The translations under genes were made by a program, and so were the position numbers. A stretch of DNA of 64,000 nucleotides from Malacoraja senta (Eukaryota), in contig JAXLNO010000269.1 of NCBI GenBank assembly GCA_038087875.1, positions 62,001 through 126,000 on the forward strand. The letters run 5' to 3'. Shown here piece by piece: positions 50,934 to 63,545 of this stretch (its first letter is position 1; each line of letters begins with the position of its first letter). The notes under the pieces were generated by a model that did no database searches, was not told the DNA's origin, and saw only the letters and a program-made list of their open reading frames with translations.

Positions 50934-51221
50934 GGTGGCACAGTGGCGCAGTGGTAGAGCTGCTGCCTTATGGTGCCAGACACCCAGGTTCGTTCCTGAC
51001 TATGTGTGCTGTCTGTACGGAGTTTGAACGTTCTCCCTGTGACTGTGTGGGTTTTCTCCAGGAGCTCCGGTTTCATCCCAGATTCCAAAGACGTATAAGT
51101 TTTGGAGTTCAATTGGCTTTGGTTGTAAATTGCCCCGAGTGTGAGGATAGTGTTAGTGTACAGGGATTGCTGGTCGGCATTGACCCGGTCGGCCGCACTG
51201 TATCTCTAAACTAAACTAAAC
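50934..51221 (+). mobile_element. HE1-like SINE
   Basis: A box TGGCGCAGTGGTAG, B-box-like GGTTCGTTCC, V core, (CTAAA)n tail. Confidence 0.85.
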
Positions 51222-51944
51222 ACTCACACCTTTGCTATGGGGGCAGAGGAGGGCAGAAAATTGTCCTCAGATCTGTTGGGTTACTTTCAGGTTTTTCCAA
51301 AATATTAGAACATTATGCTGGTTTCACCAACATTTCCCAGAACGGTTCAAGGGTATTGAGCAACAAATTAATTGCAAATCATTTGTGTTTATTTATATTA
51401 AATGTCTTTCATTCCTTCAGCAGCTCACAGTACAAGCAACACCTTTCCACCATCATGATCAGCCCATTAGAAATGTCTCACTAGGTTTTATAGATTGTTA
51501 ACCATCAGCAACTTATTTAAAGCAGAGACATTATTTTTCTGATTACATTTTGTTTACTGGCTGCCATGGCTACAAACTACTGGCAGTCCCAGTGGTATCG
51601 CACACCACTGCATACGCGGATCTCTCAACCTCTCGCCTCAACACATCCAGGTTTTCGGGTCAGGCCAGTGTTGCAACAGCAATGGGCGGCATTCCCAGAG
51701 ACCTGGTCACATGATGTGCACGCTATGTCCAATCATGACATCCACCCCATGACAGCTGATCACACGGCACATTCTGCTTCTTCCCAGACAGTCCCTTGGG
51801 ATTGAGGATCACTCACTCCGACCCCTTCCCCCCGGTGGTCCATGAGGACAACATGGGAACTGCAGGCTCTCTCGCAAATAGGGCAGGAGGTGCCTGGCGG
51901 GGCGGACGGGTGGAGATTTGTGAGGTGGTGCTCTCCTTCTGTTC

Positions 51945-53520
51945 AATAGACAATAGACAATATGTGCAGGAGTAGGCCATTCAGCCCTTCGAGCCAGCAC
52001 CGCCATTCAATGTGATCATGGCTGATCACCCACAATCAGTAGCAATGTTACTAAATTTTCAGATTTTAAAAATCAAGTCTGCAATTTATCCCATCAGATA
52101 AAGCATAAAAAGAAGTTTAATTTGACACCTAATTCATTTACATATCTTCAGTATTAAAAAAAGTTATGGCCATTTTCATACTCGGAAATTAGCATCTTGT
52201 TCCCTATTGCTTTTCCATTGACTTAACACAAAAGCTGTGATCAAGGACAGTCAAAAGCCCATAACTTTCTTAAAAATTAAGAGAACATGATGAAATTTTC
52301 AGTTATTATAGATTGAAGCATTCTGAAACAAATATGAAACAATCTTACTTGGATGACCTGAAATTAAAGCATATAATTAGTTAGTTACCCAATTGTAGCT
52401 AATTACAAAATTCAATTACTAGATCTAAATATCTACCCATTTCTTAAGAAAAAGTTAACATTTTTAAAAAGCCGAAGTGTCCAAATAACATTCACACAAG
52501 AATTCACAATATAACATTATTTTTAAATCTAATTGTCATTAATTTATAGGCCAAATGGAAGGAATTTAGTGTTTAATTCCTGTAAATTAATGGCCATTTA
52601 AATCATCTTGCGAGTGGGATTTTGTGGAACGCACTGGTTTGGAACGTTGCGGTTGTACTGAATTAAACCCCAATATCGGCAGGAAAAATACTGCCGGTTG
52701 GTATATTTAAATAATCACATTTTCGCAACTTGAAATTATTATTAAAGGCATCCTAAGAAGCAAGTTTATATGAAAAAATAAACGGTGTACCTTGTCTTGT
52801 CCCGTGCGTGAAATCCGTCCCGTTGTCGGCGTTGACGGCATTTGAAGATGATTTTAATTTTACTCCAACAATTAAATTATAAAGCGCTAATTTTAATAAA
52901 CTTAATAAAACGGCAGTCGAAGCGATTTTTCTTCATCAACTATTTAGCCTGTTCAAGATCGTTTAGAACAGGCTGCCGAAATATCGCATTTTAAACCCGC
53001 CCCCCTCTCAAAGGCGCCAAAGTCGTGCACATGGGCAGTGACAGAACTGCAGCGCCGCTGAAGGTAAGTTTTGTAACATACCTACGAATCAGTACCCCGT
53101 TCCTGCCTTCTCTCCATATCCCTTAACTCCGTTATCCCGAAGAGCTCTATCTAACTCTCTCTTGAAAGCATCCAGAGAACCAGCCTCCACCACCCTCTGA
53201 GACAGAGAATTCCACACACTCACAACTCTCTGTGTGAAAAAGTTTGTCCTCATCTCCGTTCTAAATGGCTTACCACTTATTCTTAAACCATGGCCCCTGG
53301 TTCTGGACTCCCCCAACATTGGGAACATGTTTCCTTCCTCTAGGGTGTCCAAACCCTTAATAATCTTATATTTTTCAATAAAAGCCCCTCTTATCCTTCT
53401 AAAGTCCAGAGTATACAAGCCCAGCCGCTCCAATCTTTCAACATATGACAGTCCCGCCATCCCGGGAATTAACCTGGTGAACCTACGCTGCGCTCCCTCA
53501 ATAGCAAGAATGTCCTTCTT
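51945..53520 (-). mobile_element. HER1-type CR1 3' end split by a TIR element
   Basis: ORF 53089-53556 (RRFTRLIPGM...NFFTQRVVSVWNSL). The tail continues at 51945-52039. Confidence 0.9.
52040..53084. mobile_element. Non-autonomous TIR DNA element, Academ-like termini
   Basis: Ends TAGCAATGTTACTAAA... and ...TTTGTAACATACCTA. Imperfect flanking duplication cacaatcag / cgaatcag. Confidence 0.65.
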
Positions 53521-54379
53521 CGGTTCCTGTGCACTCCCAATACACGGGCTCAACATTTTAATGCCACCTCAAAAGCCCTGTCTCCATTCTGAGAGGTCAA
53601 AGACCAGACCACAATGCCTGAGACCACAATGGCTTGGGAAAGGACACTGATGTCTGCTCCCTTATGCTTCCATTACCACAAGCCCTGTGACATGAACAAA
53701 TGGCCTTGTTCGTCGTATTCAGTTTGGGTCTGAAGGTAGCTTAAAGTTTTGTGCCATCACCTATTCTGCAAGAGATTCTGGTGACTCATTTTCTGGGAAA
53801 CATTTTCAGCTCTCATGCTGCTATCAAGTGATGGGGCTGACAGCACGGAAGGTCATTCACCTCTTTGGGCCTGAACTTTCACCCACTAAAAGTGGTGGCA
53901 TTGATTGAATACCTCAAGTGGCATCATGGTCAGAGGTTGTGTGGGCAAACCAGTTGAAGAGGAAGTGACTCCTTGCCAGTGCAAAACTACTTCCTGCTGT
54001 GATGTTCATGAACAGTTGAGAGGATCAGAGAAAGGTAAACATTCTGCTGGGCCCCAGGAGAAAGGACTCAATGGCGCTCCCACCTCACCACTAAGGACTT
54101 GGTGTCCAGCTTGCTGCAATGCACACATTCTGATTAGAGTTAGAACTATCAAGGTGGGAATTGGAATTCCTCCTGTTTCAGGCATAGAGGCATAAGTAGT
54201 GCAGCTACACACAAAATTAAAAGTCAAACAACAGTAATTATGTTGAAGACCGGGGTCCTATTCTCAAGAGTTGTGGGTTTAAGGGGTCAATATCTATGCC
54301 AAGATGGGATGGGAAATCACACTATAAATTGGCTCAAGTTGATCCAAACAAAATTAATCAAATTCACTGCTGGTTCTCA

Positions 54380-55590
54380 TGCCATGAGTCAGGAGATGTT
54401 GTATTAAGGTCCCCCTCTCTCCAAAGACTCCAGCCTTTTAATCCAGGCCATTAATGCAATGCAGAACAGAGGGAGTGCCTGATTCTCAAAGGCAAGGTCT
54501 GTGGTTAGATATTAAATTGAGCCCCCACCTGCCTTCTCGTGGATCAAACAGATCCCACAACCCTATTTCAGATCAGTAGTGGAGTCATAGTTATATAGCA
54601 TAGAAACAGGCCCTTCGGCCCACCATGTCTATGGTGACCACCAGGCCTATATCTGCACTAATCCTTAGATCTATTCCCTATCCATCTATTCCCTGCCCAT
54701 TCAAGTACCTCTCCAAATATTGTTCCTGCCACTGCCACCTCCTCTGGCACCAGGTAGATAAGGTGGTCAAAAGGTTTTTGACACATTGGCCTTCATCAGT
54801 CAAAATATTGAGTATAGAAGTTGGGAGGTCATGTTGCAGTTGTATAAGACATTGGTAAGACCGTGTTTAGAATATTGTGTTCAGTTCTGGGCACCATGTT
54901 ATAGGAAAGATATTGTCAAGCTTGAAAGGGTTCAGACAAGATTTACGAGGATGTTGCCAGGACTAGAGGGTGTGAGCTGTAGGGAGAGGTTGAATAGGCT
55001 GGGTCTCTATTCCTTGGAGAGCAGGAGGATGAGGGGTGATCTTACAGAGGTGTACAAAATCATGAGAGGAATAGATCGGGTAGATGCACAGAGTCTCTTG
55101 CCCAGAGTAGGGGAATCGAGGACCAAAAGACAAGGTGGAGGGGAAAAGATTTAATAGGACTCCGAGGGGTAACTTTTTCACACAACGGGTGGTGGGTGTA
55201 TGGAACAAGCTGCCAGAGGAGGTAGATGAGGCTGGGACTATCCCATCGTTTAAGAAACAGTTAGACAGATACATGGATAGGACAGGTTTGGAGGGATATG
55301 ACCAAGCGCAGGCAAGTGGAACTAGTGTAGCTGGGACATTGTTGGCTGGTGTGGGCAAGTTGGGCCAAAGGGCCTGTTTCCACATGGTATGACTCTATGA
55401 CCTCGTTCCATACATCCGGATCAACCTGAATCAAATGTCCTAGTCAATATTCACCTCCTATCAATACCTCATTGTGCTGGTGAACTGGGACCAAAGCTAG
55501 CTGCCTCCATTCCCACATTACTAAGTAACAGCTCTTTGTGAGCACTTATTTGAAACTGCTCTCAGTCACCCCATGAAAGTTGCTCAGGAA
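54380..55590 (+). mobile_element. Ancient Deu-domain SINE (SacSINE1/AmnSINE1-like) interrupted by CR1 pieces
   Basis: gagggagtgc...attaaattgagccccc...gtggat..agatccca..ctatttc (54460-54570). Resumes tgtccta.tcaatattc at about 55436. Confidence 0.55.
54585..55400 (+). mobile_element. CR1 3' end (+, 54750-55400) preceded by an inverted CR1 tail (-, 54585-54740)
   Basis: ORFs 54786-55154 (VRPCLEYCVQFWAP) and 55135-55392. Confidence 0.88.
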
Positions 55591-56234
55591 GACAGGGTCT
55601 TCACTTTCCCTGAAATCTGGCTCTGTCTTCGATTTAAAGGGTGTGCTCTTCCATCCTGCAGTTCGGAGTGCGAGAGCAGTTTGTGTTGGGGAGTGCGTTA
55701 GGAGCAGGTTCTCTGGCTCGACAACAGGTCACTGACAGGAAGAGAGGGAAGAAAAGGGGAAAAGAGGGAGTATCGTTATAACAAGAAAAAAGCAAAGGAG
55801 AATGAGACAAAATAATTTGCAGGTGTACCGAAAAAGAGGGAGAGGGTACGGGGACTGAGGGAATTAGGTTGCTGGCAATTAGCATACATCAAATGGATCT
55901 TTTGCGTCATTGTATGGTTAAGATTTAATTCTCAGGGCTTTCTGTTCCTTACATTGGTGTAAGAATGCCATCAGTGAAATTACTACCTCAAGCCCATTTT
56001 TAAATTAATTGCAATTTTCTTCTCCCCATTGAACACGTCAATTATTAAACAGGAAAGTCTACAAAACAACTCCGTGTTGGGCCCTTTGCAATTCTATTGT
56101 TAATTAAAGTGCCAAACAGTCTCTGGATTATCAGCCATTGATACTGAGGCCGGCTTCATAGAACACTCTCCTGATAACACCCGAGGTGACATAGAAACAC
56201 ATTGCAAACTACTTGGAATCATTTATAAAGGGCA

Positions 56235-56513
56235 TTTAGAGATGCAGCGTGGAAACACCGACCACACCGACCAGCGATCCCCGCACACTAATACTATCCT
56301 ACACACACTAGGGACAATTTCCACTTATACCAAGCCAATCAACCTACAAACCTGTACGTCTTTGGAATGTGGGTGGAAACTGAAGATCTCGGAGAAAACC
56401 CACGTGGTCACGGGGAGAATATACAAATTCTGTACAGTCAACACCCATAGTCAGGATCGAACCGAGGTCTACTGGCGCTGTAAGGCAGCAACTGTAATGC
56501 CACCATGCCGCCC
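56235..56513 (-). mobile_element. HE1-like SINE
   Basis: Matches the 11508-11778 copy (aacctacaaacctgtacgtctttgg...). Confidence 0.85.
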
Positions 56514-56660
56514 TAATGGTGAGAGGTTATCAGTTTAATATCTCATCCAAACACAGGAATTCTTGAATCATCAAGGCATAGAAAATCAAGTGTTGGTGAA
56601 TCGGACTTGATGGTCAGCATGGATATGGTGGGACAAAGGGCCTGTCTCTGTGGTTTGTGA

Positions 56661-56980
56661 TGGGCCTGTCCCACTTGGCGATTTTTTTTAGGCAACTGCC
56701 GGCGACTGTCATAGTTGTAGCAGGTCGGCGAAAAAACGGCGACAACCTACATCATCCTGGCGACAACCTACGACAGCACCTACGTCAGGAGAAGTCAAGC
56801 TACGCTCATTGGCGTCAAACCCACTGTCACCAAAATTTCTTCAACATGTTGAAAATTTAGCGGCGACCAGAAAGACGCTACGACTTTTTGTGCGACTGAG
56901 GAGTCTACCAGCGGCGAACATGTGGCGACAAACTAGTCGCCTGTAGTTGCCTAAAACATCGCCTATGGGGGACAGGCCCA
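56661..56980. mobile_element. Harbinger-like MITE (320 bp)
   Basis: TIRs TGGGCCTGTCCC..GGCGAT..TTTTAGGCAACT. Flanks TGA / TTA. Confidence 0.8.
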
Positions 56981-57264
56981 TTAACCACGCACATCTGATA
57001 GTCCGACAGCACAGTTACTACGTAAGGCAGCTCTAGAGTGAGGGCTTTACATTTATTTACAATAGTCTAAATGGTTTATTCAAATATGAAGCCCATTGCT
57101 AAAGTTCATTATTACCCAGAGGAAAGCAACGTGCATTTTTTAAAACAGTAATATTTAACGTTTGACACTGACACAGTTTACGATAATTAGCATCAGTGCT
57201 GTTTTTATGATGGTACATGCCAGGGCGGCATACCAGCACCTCTCCAAAGTTAAACATCATTAGT

Positions 57265-57390
57265 AGAAACAAAGAACTGCAGATGCTGGTTCACATAAAA
57301 GGACAAAAAGTGCTGGAGTGACTCTGCGGGTCAGGCAGCATCTCTGGAGAATATGGATAGGTGACATTTTGGGTCGGGACCCTTGTTCAT
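57265..57390 (-). mobile_element. Penelope-like pLTR tail, degenerate hammerhead
   Basis: gtgacattttgggtcgggacccttgttca, preceded by gcagcatctctggaga. Confidence 0.62.
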
Positions 57391-57564
57391 TATTTTGTTT
57401 TCTGGCCACGTGACACGTTTATTAATCATGCGTACACACACACACCTTATAAGTGTTTTTAAAAAAGCATTAATTAGCAGCGATATAAATTTTCCAATAA
57501 TGCTCTTTCATTGTAACCTAAATTCCCAGTTAGCACCTGAATCAGAGTATAAAACAGAATCATT

Positions 57565-58000
57565 TGATTGATTGATTTTTACTTTATTAATCCCCTTATT
57601 CAGGGGAAATTCTGATGTCCTTGCAGCACACTAATAAAAATACAACATAGCATTAAGAAGTTTAACATTAAACATAAAAACATCCCCCCACAATGGTTCC
57701 CATTATGAGCGAAGGCACAAAGTCCAGTCCCCATCCCCATGTCCACCCATAGTCGGGCCTATTGAGGCCTCCACAGTCGCCACTACGGAGGCTCGATGTT
57801 CCTGGCCGTTCTCACCGGGTGATGGTACTCCGGCGTCGGGAGAACCCTCTCAGCGGCTTGGGGTGCCAGGAACGGCCGCCTTCTTACTGGAGACCGCGGC
57901 TTCCAAGCCAACAGGCCGCTCTGGACGGAGCTGCACATACTGGCGATCTCGGCGAGAGATCCCAGGCTCCGCGATGTTAAAGTCAGCGCCGCCGCCCGCT
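57565..58000 (-). mobile_element. 5'-truncated copy of the 18832-19730 element
   Basis: Near-identical sequence (ORF 57762 matches ORF 19313). (ATCA)n tail. Confidence 0.8.
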
Positions 58001-58207
58001 GTAATTTCTGGACTAAAATTACAGAATTCCTGCTACTGAGTTAAATGCTGGCAATCCAGACTTCACTTTTACCGCTGTTTCATTGTAGGACTCAATCCTG
58101 ATTTGCATAAAAAGCTTAAATTCTGGCAGAAAAGTTGTGGGTGATTTGTTTTTTAATCTGTAATCGTGGTTCACTGCTTCACCCTACTTCATAAACGCAG
58201 CCAACAT

Positions 58208-59370
58208 TTTTTTTAAATTGTGTTAATTTTTAATTTTTAATTTATTAGAAGTACATTACATTACAACCACATACATTAGTACTCGTCACATATATCTTCT
58301 TACAATTAATGTACTCCGTTTGTTTTTTGCACTAATAAAGGGAAAGGATGAGATTGAGAGAAAGAAGAAAGTGAAGGAAAAGGTGAAAGTGTAAAAAAAC
58401 GTGACAACAAGAAAGAACGAAGACCCTATAAGAACGAAATTAAAAACAAAAGAAAAAGAGTTAAGAAATAGACCCTAGAAAAGAAGAAGAAAGAGAAAGA
58501 GGGAAAAGAGAAAAACAAATAGTTTTTGTAAGCATCACGCAAATGGGACATACCAACTCTCCAACTTTCACCCCCCTTACCTGACCTCAGTTTTTTTTAA
58601 AGGTACTTTTGCACCCTATATTTGTAATAATTCTATAAATGCAGACGACGTCAGGTGGAAGTGATCTGGTTTACCTGCCAGGAGGAGTCTTATCTCTTCT
58701 AGGTGTAATGTTTCGAACATATTTGAAATCCACATGTTTATAGTTGGTATTGGAGCCTTTTTCCAAAATTTTAGGATTAGCTTTTTTCCAGTTATTAACC
58801 CATAGTCTATTAGTTTCTTTTGGAACACATTTAGTTCTGGACCATCTTCCGTTATTCCGAAAATAATCCATTGTGCTTTGGGTATCAGTTTTATTTTAAA
58901 TAATTTTGTAAAGATTTCAAAAATTTCAATCCAAAATTTTTGAATTTTTGTACAGAAAACAAATGAGTGCGCTATAGTAGCTTCTTGAGATTGACATTTA
59001 TCACAAATGGATGATACATTTGGGAAAATTTTATGGATTTTAGTTTTGGAATAATATAATCTATGTAAAATTTTAAATTGTATTAAAGTGTGTCTTACAT
59101 TAATCGAACATTTATGCACGTTTAATAAATGTTCATTCCACCTTTCCTTTGAAATTTTAATAGCTAATTCTTGTTCCCAGTCTCTTCTGATACCCTCCGT
59201 AGATGGTATTTCTACATTTAAGATAATATTATACAAATATGATATTAAGTTTGCTGATTCAGCTTTTATCTGCATTGCATCATCCAATACATCTGCTGGG
59301 CTATTATAATGATCTTTTGTATATTTTTTCTAATAGTCGCATATTTGAAAATATTTAAAATATTGATTAT
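58208..59370 (-). mobile_element. L1-clade LINE 3' insertion
   Basis: ORF 58616-59287 with QFKILHRLYYS..CDKC.....TIAHSFVFC (CCHC). 16-bp TSD TAAACGCAGCCAACAT (58192-58207 / 59371-59386). Confidence 0.92.
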
Positions 59371-59386
59371 TAAACGCAGCCAACAT

Positions 59387-59770
59387 AACCAAGGACCTTA
59401 CATCTCGGTCATTCCCTCTTCTCACCTCTCCCATCTGGCAGAAGATACAGAAGCTGGAAAGCACGTACCACCAGGTTCAGGAACAACTTGCTCACTGTCA
59501 TCAAACAACTGAATAGTCCTCTCATGAGCTAAGGGTGTAGCCTCCATCTCCCAGGCCATCTCATTGCATCCCTTAAACTTCCTTGTACCTACTTTATCTG
59601 GAGCTGCAACACTATAACGCCACACCACTACATTCTGCACTGTGATCACATTTTTCTTTGAGCTACAAATGGTTTGATTATACTCATGTATGGCATGATT
59701 TGACTGGACAGCACGCAAAACAGTGTATTTCTCTCTATATCGGTACATGTAACTATAATAAACACTTCAA
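59387..59770 (+). mobile_element. Rex-Babar 3' end (host of the L1 insertion)
   Basis: ctcccatctggcagaagatacagaagc encodes LPSGRRYRS; typical 3' UTR. Confidence 0.78.
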
Positions 59771-60024
59771 CACAGACCATTTACAGCAGATGGGGTTGAG
59801 AAACAGCAGGTCAGAGAATACTTTGAGCTGCTTACATCCTCCTGCGCCACAATTATGAAACAATTACGTAACTGCATTCTAATCGGAGCCAACCATCTAG
59901 GAGACGCTAGCTTCTCGATTCAGGCAGGAAATGAACAGAATATCTGAAGCTGGTTTTGATATTTCACAGTATACACAAACTTGGTGATTGTACTCTGATA
60001 GGAAATGTGTTAAAATAAATATTG

Positions 60025-60540
60025 CAGAACATAGAACACAGAACAGTACAGCACAGAAATAGGTCATTCAGCCCACAGTTTGTGCCGAACATGATAGCAA
60101 GTTTAATGGATCTTATCTGCCTGTACATGATCCATATCCCTCTACTTTCTTCATTTCCATGTGCCTATCTAAAATCCTTTTAAACAACACTATTGTATCA
60201 ACCTCCACCACCCCTAGCTATGTGTTCCAAGCCCCATACTGTGTAAAAAACCTGCCCTTCACATCTCCAATTTAGCCCCTCTCACATAGCTATTCTCTCT
60301 AGGTTGGCCATTTCCACCCTGGGTAACAGTTCTGACTATCCACCCCATCTGTGCCTCTCACCATTTTATATACTTGTATCAAGTCTCCCCTCTCAACCTC
60401 TGACATTTCCAGAGAAAACAGTCCAAGTCTATCCAACCTCTCCCTATTGAAGCCTTCCAATCCAGGCAGCATTCTGGTAAACCGCCACTTCTTTCCTGTA
60501 ATGGGGCAACCAGAATTGCACGCAATACTCCAAATGCAAA
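60025..60540 (-). mobile_element. CR1 LINE 3' end
   Basis: (catagaa)-type tail and CR1 C-terminal remnants. Confidence 0.75.
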
Positions 60541-60889
60541 GTCTTATAGAGCTGGAATTGTGGCTGCAATTTAGGATTCAGAAAACTCACAACTTCAGTA
60601 GTAAATACAGTGAATTCTAATCTCCAAAAGACTCATTCAGAATGGAGATTCACAAGTCCTGGGGCTCCAGCATTCATTAACCACTATGCGGTGCTTTGTG
60701 TTTTTTTTACTAATTTTATATGGGAAACTGTTAACAATAAAGATGCATGAATCAGATTTGTGACCGTCTTGCACCAATACAGCTGTCACGTCCATTACCA
60801 CCTCCATCAGTAATGCCAGCATTGCCCTCCTCACCACAATAACCATCACTGCTCTCACTGCCCCAGCCACCGTGGCCACTTGTCACCAT

Positions 60890-61750
60890 ACCCAGGAACT
60901 TGGAAGTTGTTGACTCTTTCCATTGTCGTCCCATGGTTGAAGACAAGCATCCTTGGCTTCCTCTCCCCTGAAGTCAACAGTCAGCTTCTTCCTCTTGCCG
61001 ACGTTGAGAACAAGGCTGTTGTTCTGGCAGAGTACAAACACCATTCAATCAGATTTTCAATCTGTCTCCTGTTACTCATCGTTCCTTCTAGTCATCCAAC
61101 AACAGTGGTATTGTCTGCAAATATAAAGGTCGCGTTGGAACTTTGACTGGTTACATAGCATATAGTAAATAGGCTATATGGATAGTCGAGCAGTGAACTG
61201 AGCACGTAGCCTTGGTGTGCTCCTGTAAATGGAGCAAACTTTTAAATGGAGCTAGAACAGGATTTGGCCACTCTGTCACAAGTGTATAGGGAGTATAATA
61301 AGGGGTTGAGTATGCAGCCTTGTAAGGCACCAGTGTTGAGAATGATCATGAGGAGATTTCAGTCGATGGATCAGGAAGTCGAGGATCCACTTGCAGAGGA
61401 GATTGCTGAATCCTAGGTCCAGTAGCTTGGAGATATGTTTGTTTGGAATTATGGGATTGAAGGTAGAACTATCATCAATAAGTAGGAGACTGATGTTGGT
61501 GCCCTTGTTATCCAGATATTTCAAGGATGAGTGTCAGTCCAGAGGGATGGTGTCTGCTGAGGACCTGCAATGGTGGAAGGTGAATTGCAATGGATCAAGG
61601 TTGTCTAGGTGGCTAGAATTGATGATCGCCATCTCCAGCCTCTCAAAGCATTTCATTAAGAGGGATATCAGAGCTTAGTTATTAAGGAATGGTCGTTATT
61701 AAGGAACTGCCTACTTTTTCATTGGCACCAGGATAATAGTGGTCATCTTA
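60890..61750 (-). mobile_element. Decayed Rex-Babar RT fragments
   Basis: FADNTTVVG and D.SSTFNPIIPNK..SKLLDLG...C.WILDFL motifs. Confidence 0.72.
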
Positions 61751-62014
61751 AAGTAGGAAGTAATGTCAGAATGGAGAAACTAGGTGTGCCTTCAGCAGTC
61801 TACAACCCAAGATCTGAAATTATTTCCTTAAACCACCTGGCTCTATGCCACACTCCTTGTTTATGACCCATCTCTTTGGCCAAACTTGATCACCCATGCT
61901 AAACTTTCCCAACATTGATCTTTGTTAGATTGTACTTACAATGGGATAGATATTTCATTGTGTTTAAAAGGTGCTATGCAATGACATGGTTTTGTTCCTT
62001 AATTCCAACTTGAT

Positions 62015-62152
62015 TGAATTGGTGCAGGCTCGAAGGGCCGAATGGCCTACTCCTGCACCTATTTTCTATGTATCTATGTGACGCAACGGGTCAGGTAGCA
62101 TCTCTGGAGAAAAGGAATAGGTGACGCTTCGGGTCAAAACCCTTCTTCAGAC
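62015..62152. mobile_element. HER1 tail (+) fused to a Penelope-like hammerhead tail (-)
   Basis: ggctcgaagggccgaatggcctac..., then gtgacgcttcgggtcaaaacccttcttcagac. Confidence 0.65.
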
Positions 62153-62854
62153 TTGTAGTTCTTGCAAAACTGTGTCAAGCACCGTCCTCAGTCCAGGAAA
62201 CCCTGATTGTATATGCTCTCACATATTATGCTCAGGTGAATTGCACGACATGGTTCATATGTTGTTGCAGCAGACAAATTTCTCTCATCATCCACCATCT
62301 GTTTTGCTAGATTTCTCCTCCAGCAGTAGGTCGATGTTCTTTGGTGGGCAAGTCTCAGGTGAGTTAGGGTTGTTCGAGACACTACAGGATTGGAGCCAAA
62401 TAATCATCCCCTTTCTCTCTTGTATCCTTTCTCTAACAGTTAGAATGTTGATATCAATTGTACCTTAAATATTTCAGTAAAATCTGGGTTGGATTTGTAC
62501 GGTTGCTCTAGTTGCATGTGAACAAATGATTATCAACAGTATGACTGCCAACTAGGAATCTTGTCTAGGATCCAAAAGAATATTGGAATTGTTGATGTAA
62601 AAACGTATTTGTCCAGATAGTTTCTCGCAGCCAAAGAGTTGTGTGACAATAATAACTGATCTAATTAATCTCCAAATTAGTCTTATAAGAGGTACAATGG
62701 AAAATCCAGTACTGAAGAAATCTATACAGTCACAAGGAAAGCATGGTAACTCCACACAGATAGCACCGGATGCCTGGATCGAACTTTGGTCGCTAGATGC
62801 TTATTGTTTAAATATTGTTCTGGTGATTGTACCGCTCTTGACAATGATTGGTTA

Positions 62855-63133
62855 AAGTTAGAGTTTAGAGATACAGCATGGAAACAGACCCTTCGGCCCA
62901 CCAAGACCACACTGGCCATCGATCACCCGTACACTAGATCTGTGCTATCCCAGTTTTGCATGCTTCACTCTAGGGCAATTTCCAGTTCTATAGAACCAGA
63001 GCACCCAGAGAAAAGCCACGTGATCACAGGAAGAACGTGCAAGCGATGCACAGACAGCACCCATAGTCAGGGTCGAACTCGGGTCTCTGGTGTTGTGAGG
63101 TAGCAGCTCTACTACTGCGCCACTGTACCGCCC
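62855..63133 (-). mobile_element. HE1-like SINE
   Basis: tRNA-like head ...ctactgcgccactgtaccgccc and HER1-like tail. Confidence 0.82.
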
Positions 63134-63269
63134 TGAAAGATGATGTACAATTATTCATACTGATGACGTGCCAAGGGTTATATGTTCTTTTAATCTCTGA
63201 AAGCAACGACGGTCCAGACATCGTGGTTGATACTGGAGCAGCATCTCCAACCCTGGGACAATTTAAATC

Positions 63270-63545
63270 TCACTGTAACAACTGGAGAATTTGAATTATA
63301 GTAATTAAATAAATGCACAACCAGAAGTCAGCATCAGCTGTAGCAGCACCAAGAAGCTACCAGATTGTTGTAAAAGCCCATATGGTGCACTGATGTCCTA
63401 CAGCGAAGGAAACCAGCCATCTTTATCTGGTCTGACCTTTCGGTGACACTAAACCAAACACATATGTCCAATTCAAAACTGTTGCTTAAAAAGGCCTAGA
63501 GGGGAATGGCGATGGACAATAAATGTCTGTCTTGATACCACATAG
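63270..63545 (+). mobile_element. Old chondrichthyan SINE remnant
   Basis: gattgttgtaaaagcccatatggtgcactgatgtcc..gaaggaaa resembles an abundant shark SINE core. Family name not assigned. Confidence 0.5.

Noticed and set aside
51566..51805. 79-aa ORF with strong Kozak context (GCTGCCATGG)
   Set aside because: No recognisable domain or promoter evidence, and expected by chance in 64 kb.
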